From NCBI RefSeq assembly GCF_006345805.1, contig NW_021833578.1, positions 1 to 58,104 of the forward strand: a stretch of 58,104 nt of DNA, given 5' to 3'. Below the pieces are notes generated by a model, which saw only the letters and a program-made list of their open reading frames with translations, did no database searches and was not told where the DNA came from. This stretch comes from Octopus sinensis. Lineage: Eukaryota. Each line of letters begins with the position of its first letter. Position 1 is the first letter of the stretch. Positions 39,374 through 51,535 of the stretch are shown here, piece by piece. The position numbers and the translations under genes were made by a program.

Positions 39374-39556
39374 TAAAACGATTTCTGTTCAATCTGCGTT
39401 CAGCTCCATTTCTTCAATTCACCAATAATGTTATATATATATATAATATATATATTATATATATATATATATATGTATATATATGTATGCATATGTATGT
39501 GTGTATACATACATCATACATACATACATACATAATACATACAACAAATACATACA

Positions 39557-39591
<35 letters not shown>

Positions 39592-39744
39592 ATATACACA
39601 TATTTATATATACATATACATATATATACATACATTATATATGCATGTGTGTGTTATATATATGTATGTATGTATATGCACACACGACGGGCTTCATTTT
39701 AGGTTCCCTCTACCGAATCCACTGATGAGGCTTCCGTCGGGTCG

Positions 39745-39816
39745 ATTCTTCTTCTTCTTCTCTCTTCTTCTTCTTCTTCTCTTCTTCTTCTTCTTCTTCT
39801 TCTTCTTCTCTTCTTC

Positions 39817-39851
<35 letters not shown>

Positions 39852-39852
39852 T

Positions 39853-39931
<79 letters not shown>

Positions 39932-40031
39932 CATCATTATTATTATTGTTATTATTATTATTATTATTATTGTAATTATTACTATTATTATTATCATTAT
40001 TATTATTATTATTATAATTATTACTATTATT

Positions 40032-40063
<32 letters not shown>

Positions 40064-40083
40064 CATTATTATTATTATTATTA

Positions 40084-40151
<68 letters not shown>

Positions 40152-40154
40152 ATT

Positions 40155-40185
<31 letters not shown>

Positions 40186-40250
40186 CATTATTATTATTAT
40201 TATTATTATTATTCTTATTCTTATTCTTCTTATTATTATTATCATTATTA

Positions 40251-40281
<31 letters not shown>

Positions 40282-40283
40282 CA

Positions 40284-40320
<37 letters not shown>

Positions 40321-40401
40321 CATCATTATTATCATTATTATTATCATTATTATTATCATTATTATTATTATTATCATTATTATCATTATTATTATTATTA
40401 T
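39745..40401. repeat. (CTT)n then (TAT/CAT)n microsatellite
   Basis: Direct reading. Confidence 0.95.
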
Positions 40402-41135
<734 letters not shown>

Positions 41136-41862
41136 ACAATCATTTAATGAAACTATGCTTAGGAAACGTAGTTCATATTTTAATTTTGTCACAATTACTG
41201 ATGTCTCTACGCCATTTGCGAATAGACACGTTTTCCTAAGTATATCGTTGTGTCTATATTAATATAGTTACAGTTATAATTAATATAAATCAGTTATTTT
41301 GCCCAATATCGTCTGATTCATAGTTGGCTTGATTAGTGTCACTCTTATATTATATTATAAAGACGATATTAATAAGACCAATAATAAGCAAAATATAGAA
41401 TAATTTGTTGAGATCTACGTATATTAATCTGTGTTCGTATTAATAGATCACTCTGAGTCAAACGTTTTTTTTTTGTATTTTTTCGTATTTCAAGCTTTAA
41501 TTATTAATCCCTTCTACTAAAGACACAAGGCCTGAAAATTAGGGGCAAAGACAAGTCGATAACATCAAATCAGCGTAACGTACAGTAACAAACAAGCTGG
41601 ACATTTCCAATTATGAATTACTGGTATAATCCTACGGAGGGTCTTCCTCACGATTTCCGTCTCCTCGGTTTCAGTTGCAAGGTTTGGATTCGTGCCACAG
41701 TGTCCTTTAGCATATAAACAAGTATTCAACTGGTACTTAACTTATCGACCTCGAAAGGACGAAAGGTATGGTCGACCTTTTGAACTCAGAACGTAAAGAC
41801 GGACGAAATGCCGCTAAGCATCTTGCCCTACCTGATGATTCTGCCAGGTTGCTGACTTAAAG

Positions 41863-42464
41863 CTTTACTCTTTACTCTTCTTTCAGTCATTTGACTGCTG
41901 CCATGCTGGAGCACCGCTTTTAGTCGAGCAACTCGACCCCAGAACTTATTCTTTGTGAGCCTAGTAATTATTCTATCGCTCTCTTTTGCCGAACCGGGGA
42001 CGTAAACTACTTGTACCTGTGACGGCGTTCACCCAGGGCGGGTGAGCCGGCTTCCTCTCTCGTCCCGATGGCATCACGAACCATGGCGGCCCACGCTCGA
42101 CGGTCCTGTGCGAGGTCACTGGAGGTAGCGACCCGGCCAACTGCGGACATGAAAGTTCGGAGAGGTCCTCCTTTATCGTCATTGCTCAGGTCTTCAGCTG
42201 GGCGGTAACACACCAGCATCGGTTTTCAAGCGATGTTGAGGGGGACAAACACACACACACACACAGACATATACACACACACATACATATACACATATAT
42301 ACGATGGGCTTCTTTCAGTTTCCGTCTAACAAATCCACTCACAAGGCTTTGGTCGGCCCGAGGCTATAGTAGAAGACACTTACCCAAGGTGCCACGCAGT
42401 GCGACTGAACCCAGAACCATGTGGTTCGTAAGTAAGCTACTTACCACACAGCCACTCCTGCGCC
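41863..42464 (-). mobile_element. SINE-B interrupted by an RTE fragment
   Basis: SINE sequence GACGTAAAC|ACACCAGC is split by the insert. Confidence 0.85.
42008..42203 (-). mobile_element. RTE-group LINE 3' end
   Basis: DLAQDRRAWAAMVRDA; tail CCCGCCCTGGGTGAACGCCGTCACAGGTACAAGTAG. Confidence 0.8.
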
Positions 42465-43102
42465 TATAATTAATCATTTAAACAAATTGCTTACGAAAAT
42501 ACGTTTATTTATCAAAAGATATCCCATCATATTTAGTGCCTGTTGTCACCATACTATATTATATGATAACTCAGCAAATTTCGCGTTGGAACACCGGATT
42601 ATCTCACAGTATTTTTTTTCTCAATCTCAGCGTCTTGAGTTCAAGTCTGGCCATGGCCGATGTAGATGGTATTCTTAATCCGTGAGACACCTTGGTTGTC
42701 TTTAACAGATTCTCATTCTACCGGTCTGGACGTTGAGGATGCATTCCTCATTCTCCCCCACTAGTTCCCAGGACCATGTAATAGGAGTCGTGGTTACCCA
42801 CCTTCCGTTTTCATTTTTAAAAATGAAAGTAAACCCAAATAGATTCTCGCGTGCCCTCTTTGTCATAGAACTAAGTTAGACTTATCTACATCTGTCAAAT
42901 ACTATAAACAATAGTAATGAAACTTCATGCATTAAACACATTAACGGCATTATATGTATATACGTGTGTGCTTGTATGTATTTATGCATGAATGAATATA
43001 TGTGTAGTTGTATACACACATACACACACACATATATCGGTAAATATGTGTGTCGTCAACACACACACACATACGCACACACACACACACACACACACAC
43101 AC

Positions 43103-43138
<36 letters not shown>

Positions 43139-44041
43139 CATACATATATATACATATATACATACATATATACGTTCTATGTATGTATATTTATATATAT
43201 AATCCGTGATATTTATGCATAGGCGCAGGAGTGGCTGTGTCTTAGGCTGTGTCTTAGGCTAGTGTCTTCTGCTATAGCCCCGGGCCGAGTGGATTTGCCC
43301 ATCGTATATATGTATATATGTGTCTGTGCTTGACAACCGATGCTGGTGTGTTTATGCCCCCGTCACTTAGCGGTTCGGCAAAAATAAGTACTGGGCTTAC
43401 AAAGAATAAGTCCCGGGGTCGAGTCAAATGACTGAAACGATTAAAAGAATAAAGAATGTATATATGTGTTTATGATATATGTGATTATGTGTCTGTGCTT
43501 GAGTGTATGCGAGCGTGTAAGTATGTGTATGTGTGTGCGTGTGCCTGTAAGACAAATAGATAGAGAAACAGACAAACGTATAGAAACTGGCAGACAGATA
43601 CAGGGATAGGTAAATACATTGATAATTTGATAGTTAGAGAGAGAGTAGGGGGAGCGACAAACAGACAGACAGATAGACAGACAGAAGGTGGTAGGAAGAG
43701 AGAGAGAGAGAGGTAGATAGACAGCGAAGTGGAAGCTACTAGCTTTGTGAGTCTGAGATTCTCTCTGATTGAAGATAACCCGAAGAGACGAGGTTGAGGA
43801 GGAATCAGATCTATGGGAATCTAAAGTAGGTTGGTAGGTAGGTAGGTAAGTAGATAAGATATTAAATGAGGTGTTGAATACCAAATTTAATGAAAAAATA
43901 CCATTGTAGGTAATAAAATGTTTCTGGCAGTAATTTAAACAATTAGACCAGTGGGTGGGGGATGGAGAAGCAACATGTTTACTTTGAAAGTATTTCACTA
44001 AATATTCTAACAGATGTCGGCACCGACACCACCGACAGCAT

Positions 44042-44072
<31 letters not shown>

Positions 44073-44447
44073 AGTAGTAACACTTAACACTACTGACATC
44101 ACAATCGCCACCATTTTTTTTTTTGTGTGTTGTTACATGTTGAGGAGTCATTGAAGACATAACATGTACACAATGCTTTCTACTTTCTAAGGCAGCAGGG
44201 CTTCAAATTTTGACCCTAGGGTTTCTTTCACATAATTTAACGACCCCGAAGGGATGAAAGGCAAAGTTGACCTCGGAGGAATTCGAACTGAGAACGTAGC
44301 GATATATATATATATATATTATATATATATCGTGAAGTATATTTGCCATTTCAATGTAGATCACCCATACGGGAAGATGCTACTGTTGTTTTTAGCCCTC
44401 GGAGGACATCTTCTCCAGCTGGCTAACGACACTCTGTGTTCGATCAG

Positions 44448-44895
44448 GGATCTTTTCCTTTTGATGGACGGAATTCAATACAATTTCTAGTTAACCAAAG
44501 AATTTGAAACTTTGTATACTGGTAGAATGTGTCAAAAGAAAACATTATTTTCACTTGGCTTCTTTGAGAAAATTGTAATTTGTAAGTTTAACGTAGTTTA
44601 ATTTTTCGAATTTTAACCAATGAATTGCCAGCATTTGAGTTCAAATCATTTGCTGCGTTATCAATATTGATAAACAAACGAGGAGGCATGTGCTAGAAAT
44701 AACAGCCATATCTCTTAAATATCAAAATGAAATTCGACAAATTAAACTACGTTAAACTTACAAATTACAATTTTCTCAAAAAAGCCAAGTGAAAATAATG
44801 TTTTCTTTTGACACATTCCACCAGTATACGAAGTTTCAAACTGTTTAGTTAACTAGAAATTGTGTTGAATTCCGTCCATCAAAAAGAAAATATCC
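44448..44895. mobile_element. MITE, GGATC family, long-TIR (~145 bp) variant
   Basis: Long inverted ends; perfect 8-bp TSD TCGATCAG at 44440-44447 and 44896-44903. Confidence 0.88.
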
Positions 44896-44903
44896 TCGAT
44901 CAG

Positions 44904-45165
44904 TATTTGCGAATGGAAATTATCGTTCCCATTTCTAGCCTTACGTTATACACACAGACCCGGGTTTCTGGTAGTAACCCATCATCAGCGTGTGACAACC
45001 ACCAGCTAGGGATGAGAATTAATTCCAAACGCAAAATCCTATATGCTTTTTCCAGTGACAAATCATCACTGATCTCGAAAAAGTGATGTCTTCCTAGGGC
45101 TATAAACAACAGTAGCATCGTCCGATATAGATCAACCACGTTTAGGTGGCAAATATACTTCACGA
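44904..45165 (-). mobile_element. Hammerhead-bearing mini-element (family HH-3), uninterrupted copy
   Basis: Homologous to 45165-45312 joined to 46991-47097 on the + strand. Confidence 0.7.
44951..44994 (-). ncRNA. Type I hammerhead ribozyme
   Basis: CACACG-CTGATGA-TGG(GTTACTA)CCA-GAAAC-CCGG-GTC-TGTGTG; canonical core, GUC triplet. Confidence 0.8.
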
Positions 45166-45312
45166 TGTCGTGCTGCTACTGTTTATATTTCGCTCAGAGA
45201 TTTATTATCGCTTGCTTCTCCTTTTTGAAAATCAGTGACGGCTTGCCACTGGAAAAAGCATATAGTATTTTGCGTTCGGAATCAGTTCTCACCCCTAGCT
45301 GGTGATTGCCAC

Positions 45313-46416
45313 TGGGTGTTGGTTGTGATTTCTTCGATGTGACTTCGAGTTGTTACACGCTGATATTGTATATTTGTTGTGGGTTTCCCCGCGCGGGTGG
45401 GCCGGGATTCGTTCAGTTGTGTAGGTTGTTCAATTTCGGACACTGTTTCGTTTGCACCTGTGTGGTCCCCGTCTGCGGGAGGAGTGAGGACGGATGGAGG
45501 GTGGACAGGGTTGCGCAGCGGCGGCGACACGGGGAGTGAATGCCAGCACCCTGGAGGTGCAGGAAGGGGCAGTGGACGTGGGAGGGAGGGAGGAAGGAAG
45601 GAGGGGGTTGTGGGGAGGGAGGGAACCAGTCTGAAGCTGGCTCCCCCTGAGGAGCTGGTGGGGTGCATGGAGAGGAGGACGGTGATGTACGGAGCGTTAT
45701 CTGCGTCCTCGAACAGGATGGAGGTGGTCCCAGTGGAGGAGGCGGAGCAGTGCCTCGAGAGTGTGAAGGAGTTGACCACGTTCTATGCACGTGGAAGATG
45801 TGGCTCGGTGGAAGTGGGGTTTGGTAGCGAGGAGGATGGCATTTGGTCACGTATTTCAAAAGTAAAGAAATAGAGAAAACGATTGTAAAATATAAATCGG
45901 TAATAAGAGTAAAGCTGCCGCCAGGAAAATACCCGGAGTACAGTAAAGGAATAGTCATAGATAAAGAGAGAGTTTTGAAATTGAGAGAGATGTATGGACA
46001 TTTTATAGACTCGCTGGGGGTTGAAGTCGAGTTTGACGAGCTCCCGCCGGTCGTGGAATTAGAAGATTTGAAACCGTTTATGAACATTTAAAAATAAGTA
46101 AGTAAAAAAAACGAGGAATATAGACTGTTAAAATGTATAAAGAAAAGAGGAAAAAAAAAACGATAAAAATAAACAAAACAAAAGACTAAGAAAAAGAACA
46201 AGCTAAAATAGGAAAAAAAGAAAGAAAAAAGACTGTAAGAACGTTTAACTGTAAAAAATAAATCGCGGTTTCGTCTCGGAGTGGGACCGAGAAAACCGTC
46301 TCATATTCATTATAATATAATTCATTGTAATTCATTCTTTCATATGTTGTTTTCTTACCGCATGTTTGTGTATGTCCCCTCTGTATGCAGGCCTTGTGCC
46401 TATAATAAAAAGATGA
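45313..46416 (+). mobile_element. Element Y1: non-autonomous LINE derivative with an ORF1-like remnant
   Basis: Bounded by a repeated GCTGGTGATTGTCAC-like motif; ORFs 45379-45873 and 45843-46091; AATAAA at 46404. Confidence 0.65.
45667..46091 (+). pseudogene. Possible L1/Tx1-type ORF1 remnant (two frames)
   Basis: MERRTVMYGALS...YARGRCGSVEVGFGSEE; non-low-complexity protein; family assignment from memory only. Confidence 0.4.
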
Positions 46417-46430
46417 CCGGTGATTGTCAC

Positions 46431-46990
46431 TAATGGGTGTTGGTTGTGATTTCTTCGATGTGAGTTCGAATCGTTACACACTGATATTGTATGTTTGTTT
46501 TAGGTTTCCCCGCGCGGGTGAACCAAGATTCGTTGGATTGTGTAAATTGTTGAATTTCAGTCACTGTTTCGTTTGCACCTGTATAATCCCCGTCTATAAG
46601 GGAGGAGTGGAGAAAGATGGAGAATAGACAAAGTGGAATTAGAAGATTTGAAACCTTTTATGAACTTTTAAAAACAAGTAAAATTCGTACTTCCTATAAA
46701 AAACGAGGAAAATAGACTGTTAAAATGTATAAAGAAAAAAAAAGGAAAAAAAAAACAATAAAAAGAAACTAAGAAAAAGAACGAGCTAAAAAAGAAAAAA
46801 GAAAAGACTATAAGAACGTTTAATTGCAAAAAAGAAATCGCGGTTTCGTCTCGGATCTGGACCGAGAAAATCGTCTCATATTCATTATAATTTAAGTCAT
46901 TGTAATTCATTCTTTCATATGTTGTTTTCTTACCGCATGTTTGTGTATGTCCCCTCTGTATTCAGGCCTTGTGCCTATAATAAAGAGAAA
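46431..46990 (+). mobile_element. Element Y2: internally deleted tandem copy of Y1
   Basis: Same 5' and 3' ends; lacks the equivalent of about 45509-46052; AATAAA at 46979. Confidence 0.72.
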
Positions 46991-47002
46991 GCTGGTGATT
47001 GT

Positions 47003-47047
47003 CACACGCTGATGACGGATTACTACTCAGAAACCCGAGTCCGTGTG
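47003..47047 (+). ncRNA. Degenerate type I hammerhead (HH-3)
   Basis: CACACG-CTGATGA-(stem II decayed)-GAAAC-CCGA-GTC-CGTGTG; 6-bp stem I. Confidence 0.6.
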
Positions 47048-47097
47048 TATCACGTAAGGTTAGAGATGGGAACGAGGATTTCCCTTCGCAAATACTT

Positions 47098-47262
47098 ATA
47101 GCCCACGAAAAGTTGCAGAAAGTGTATAGAGAGAAGTGTATGAGGCGCACACAAGTGTATGAGTGGTTCATACGTTTCGAAGATGGCCGAAATATGTCTA
47201 TAGTGACGAACGTCCTGGGAGACCCGCAACCAGCACAACTGAGCAAAACATCTTTAGTGAGG
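47098..47262 (+). pseudogene. Mariner transposase N-terminal HTH fragment
   Basis: AHEKLQKVYREKCMRRTQVYEWFIRFEDGR. Confidence 0.75.
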
Positions 47263-47292
47263 AGTATATGCGCACCATTGCTTCAGAATATA

Positions 47293-47625
47293 TTTATATA
47301 TAAAAGTCAAGTTGTGTGTCTGTCTCCTACGATTTAGATTCCTAACTACTCCCACATTTTGCGGTGCAGTTTAACCAAAATCGGGTATCTTATAGTCGTG
47401 ATTCATATCGAGCCGTTCTGGGTATTAGCGCGCGTCTACGATGAGTCTACGATTTAAAAAAAAAATTACCATTATTTTTTTTCCATTTTAATGCATTTTT
47501 TCGCTATTATATAAGGGAAGTAACTCTCTAACATTTTTTTTGCTATATTTTGGCTATAACTCTCTAAAAATGCTTATATAGTTATTTCCCTTACAAACTC
47601 AAGCAACGCCGGGCGATACTGCTAG
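47293..47625 (+). mobile_element. Non-autonomous Helitron
   Basis: 5' T(T)TATATATAAAAG, no TIR or TSD, 3' GCAACGCCGGG hairpin remnant followed by CTAG, A|T insertion site. Confidence 0.72.
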
Positions 47626-47679
47626 TTGTTTATATATCCCGACGCCTTCTTTCTTACAACGTACCAATCCAAGATCGCA

Positions 47680-48175
47680 GGCTAATATGTGTGTATACGC
47701 ATGTGTATATGTGTGGATCTGTTTATACGTTATGTACATATGTATGTATGTATGTATGTATGCATGTATGTATGTATGTATGTACGTACGTATATGTACG
47801 TATGCATGTACGTACGTATGTATGTATGTTTGTATGTATGTATGTATGGACGTATGTATGTATGTATGTATGTACGTACGTACGTACGTACGTACGTATG
47901 TACGTATGCATGTTTGTACGTACGTATGTATGTATGTTTGTATGTACGTACGTATGTACGAATGTATGTATGTATGTACATACGTATGTATATATTTATG
48001 AATGTATGTATGTACGTATGTACGTATGTATGTACGTATGCATGTATGTATGTATGTACGTACGTACATATGTATGTACGTACGTATGTATTATGTATGT
48101 ATGTACGTACGTACGTACGTATGTATGTATGTATGTATGTATGTATGTATGTATGTATGTATGTATGTATGTATG
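47680..48175. repeat. (TATG/TACG)n microsatellite
   Basis: Direct reading. Confidence 0.95.
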
Positions 48176-48287
48176 TGTATAGCAAAATAGGCATAGATAT
48201 GTGCATAAATATATTTATATATGATATACATAGACGCATACATAATATACGTGCGCACAGACATTCACATTACTAGGTACACCTCTC

Positions 48288-48347
<60 letters not shown>

Positions 48348-48453
48348 GTTCGACGTCTTTTTGGTGTCCTGTACACATATATGCGTGTATATGTACATGT
48401 AGAGGTAGGTACGTACGTATATGTTTATATATATGCATATGTTCTATTTTATT

Positions 48454-48519
<66 letters not shown>

Positions 48520-48815
48520 AGCATACACAGATCATTACATCCATTCCAATAAGTCCGCTTAGTGCAAAGTTTGTATATATAAATATTTTAAACATCCTCT
48601 CGGTATTGATAGGAAAATACCCATAATTCCTGCGCTTGTTTACACGTATAGAATATGTCTGGCAGCAGCTGTTATTTCATATACAACATGACCCTAAAGA
48701 ATTATGTCTGGGGCTATGTCTAAGTATATCATCATCATCACCACCACCACCACCACCATCTCCACACCATCATCATCATCATCATCATGATTATTATCAT
48801 TATTGTTGTTATTAT

Positions 48816-49315
48816 TGCCTTTGCACAGCTTCTAATGCTGGAGATGTACTACGGGGTCAGTTGTTCACTACCAGTGAACTAAGGTAACACCCCTTATTTT
48901 TCGAGCACAATCCGGAGTATTCGAGCGGTTCCAAGCAGTGTTGTTTCTTGCAAGTTCTCCATCCTTATTGCAGCTCCTATTTGTTCCATGTACTCCTCAA
49001 GATTTTTACTCACTGTTCCAAGGGCCCCAAAAATTATTGGTACTACTACCACCTTTTTCATCGACCACAACTGCTTAACCTCCCAAGCTAACCTGTCATA
49101 TCTATCGACTTTTCTTTCCCCCTTATCGCATACCTTGTTGTCAGCGGGGTACACTATATCTATGATCCAGCATTGTTTGCTTTCTTTCTAAATTAAGACT
49201 ATGTCTGGCTTCCTATTCTCTATCCCATGGTCGCACTGAATCATAAAATCCCACAGGATCTTTGCATTATCATTTTCGATGATGCCTTCGAGTTTGCGGT
49301 CGTACCAATTTTATC
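48816..49315 (-). mobile_element. R4/Dong-like 3' fragment (second family)
   Basis: WYDRKLEGIIENDNAKILWDFMIQCDH, PDIVL, CWIIDI.YPAD, PIIFGALG, LLGTARILR; flanked by TAA/TGA repeats. Confidence 0.88.
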
Positions 49316-49343
49316 ATCATCATTGTTGTTGTTGTTATTATTA

Positions 49344-49403
<60 letters not shown>

Positions 49404-49406
<3 letters not shown>

Positions 49407-49690
49407 ATGAAAAGTTCTCAGTTTAATTTGCTGAGTATGATGGAAAGTATCAGCTGTCCACAGTCAGCAAACTAAGGTGACACTTGTTTACTGGTCATGC
49501 TTGAAGAATTCTGCGGAAAATTCTTGCATTTCCAAGCAATGATGAGTTTGTGCGTATTCTATCTTTGCATTTGCACCGATATTTTTGAGCATTGTTGATA
49601 GTTGAGTGCTGATACATCCAATTACTATTATTTCTTCTTAACTCAGGTTTTGTTGTAGCTCCTGGGGTCTTGCATGCGCAGTGAGCTTGC
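49404..49690 (-). mobile_element. R4/Dong-like 3' fragment (third family, decayed)
   Basis: IVIGCIS...KNIG, SSLLGNARIFRRIL; 3' end runs into (TAA)n. Confidence 0.65.
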
Positions 49691-49739
49691 TGCATGCTAC
49701 CTACGCTACCAGGTTATCTGTTGTTTTCAACTATTAATA

Positions 49740-50215
49740 CTTTGAACTCAGAACGTAGCGCCGGACAGAATACCTATTTCTTTACTACCCACAAGGGGCT
49801 AAACACAGAGGACAGACAAACGGATTAAATCCATTATATCTACCCCAATGCGTAACTAGTACTTAATTTATCGACCCCGAAAGGATGAAAGACAAAGTCG
49901 ACCTCGGCGGAATTTGAACCCCACGTAACGGCAGACGAAATATGGCTACGCATTTCGCCCGGCGTGCTAACGTTTCTTATTTCTTTATTGCCCACAATGA
50001 GCTAAACATAGAGGGGACAAACAAGGACACACAAAAGGATTAAGTCGATTACATCAAACCCAGTGCGTAACTGGTACTTAATTCATCGACCCCGGAAGGA
50101 TGAAAGGCAAAATCGATCTCGGCGGAATTTGAACTTAGAACGCAGCGGCGGACGAAATACCACAAAGCATTTCCTCCGGCATGCTAACGTTCGCCGCCTT
50201 TTCCAGCTCGCTGCC
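49740..50215 (-). mobile_element. SINE-A multimer
   Basis: Two bodies plus a third partial unit starting at a GGTATT-like junction. Confidence 0.85.
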
Positions 50216-50864
50216 TTTATACAAAACACCTTCTGCCAGCAACATAAGATCACCAATTTACGAGGTATGAAAATCAAACGCAGAGGCCGATGTGGAAAAG
50301 CTAATTTCTACAAAAAATAAATATTGAATAAATTAAATAAATCAGAAAAGTGTTTGATTTAACTCTATTGTGTGCCTGTGTATGCGTCTACCAGTGTATA
50401 TGAGCGCTTATCAATACTACTTTGTATAATCTTTGTGAGTTGCCCCCACATTTATAACATTCGACTAATAGTGTGCGATAAAATAAATTGTACCAGACGA
50501 CATACATGGGGTGAATATAACCGGCAAAGACCAATTAAAAGCGATGGTACAGCACGGCCGAATTCCAAAGACGGAATCCAGAAGGAAAAGCAAAACTTTC
50601 TATCCTCATGGTTTATAACCATAATGGAGGTTATCTTACAAACCGGAAGTTAATGGCTGCAAAGCTGTCAAGATGTTGAGGAAGGAAATTAGTAATGTCT
50701 TTATTAGTTTATGGCAGTTTATGTCAAATAGCAAATGCTTTCATATAAACACCAAGAAATTTCCTTTCTCATGGGATTGTTGCATATATCTGTGCTAACG
50801 CGTTTGTGTGTTTGTAGCTGTGTTTCTAGGTATACTCTCTCTTTACTCTTTACGCACAGAGATA

Positions 50865-51275
50865 GGCGCAGGAGTGGCTGTGTGGTAAGTAGCTTGCTTA
50901 CCAACCACATGTTTCCGGATTCATTCCCACTGCGTGGTACCTTGGGCAAGTGTCTTCTACTATAGCCTCGGACCGATCAAAGCCTTGTGAGTGGATTTAG
51001 CAGACGGAAACTGAAAGAAGCCCGTCGTACAAATGTATGTATATATGTATGTGTGTGTGTGTGTGTGTGTGTGCGCGTTTGTGCTTGTCCCCCCCACCAA
51101 CATCGCTTGACAACCGATGGTGGTGTGTCTACGTCCCTGTAACTTAGCGGTTCAGCAAAAGTAAGCGATGGAATAGGTACTAGGCTTCCAAAGAATAAAT
51201 CCTGGTGTCGATTTGTTCGACTAAATGCAGTGCTCCAGCATGACCGCAGTCAAATGACTCAAACAAGTAATAGAA
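50865..51275 (+). mobile_element. SINE-B, full length
   Basis: Match to 12491-12912. Confidence 0.9.
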
Positions 51276-51330
51276 TATATATATATATCTATATATATAT
51301 ATATATAAATATATGCGTGTATATATATAT

Positions 51331-51535
51331 TGGTAAAAACGGTAAGATAACAAAAGAAAGACAGAGACCTCAATATTATGTAAATAGAGGAATTTATCTG
51401 TAAAATAATATGTGATAATTATTCGATAGCCAAGAGTTTCGGATGCCGAAGAGATGGTGGTGTGGATTTCCACCTCGGCATCCGAAACTCAGAGTTTTAT
51501 CTTGGCTACCGAATAATTGTCACATATTATTTTAC
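51331..51535. mobile_element. Fold-back mini-element with a hammerhead-like remnant, in (TA)n
   Basis: 51400-51449 is the reverse complement of 51475-51535 (11-nt gap); GAAGA...CGAAACTCAGAGTT. Confidence 0.55.

Larger units (their letters stand above)
34660..39432 (-). mobile_element. Penelope-like element (Naiad-type), 5'-truncated, with an inverted 3' copy
   Basis: Arms 34811-36735 and 37508-39432 are near-identical reverse complements; RT in the spacer; GIY-YIG and a hammerhead in each arm; both ends abut (TA)n. Confidence 0.9.

Noticed and set aside
39720-39745. CTGATGAGG as another hammerhead
   Set aside because: No downstream GAAA or stems; it is a decayed SINE-B segment
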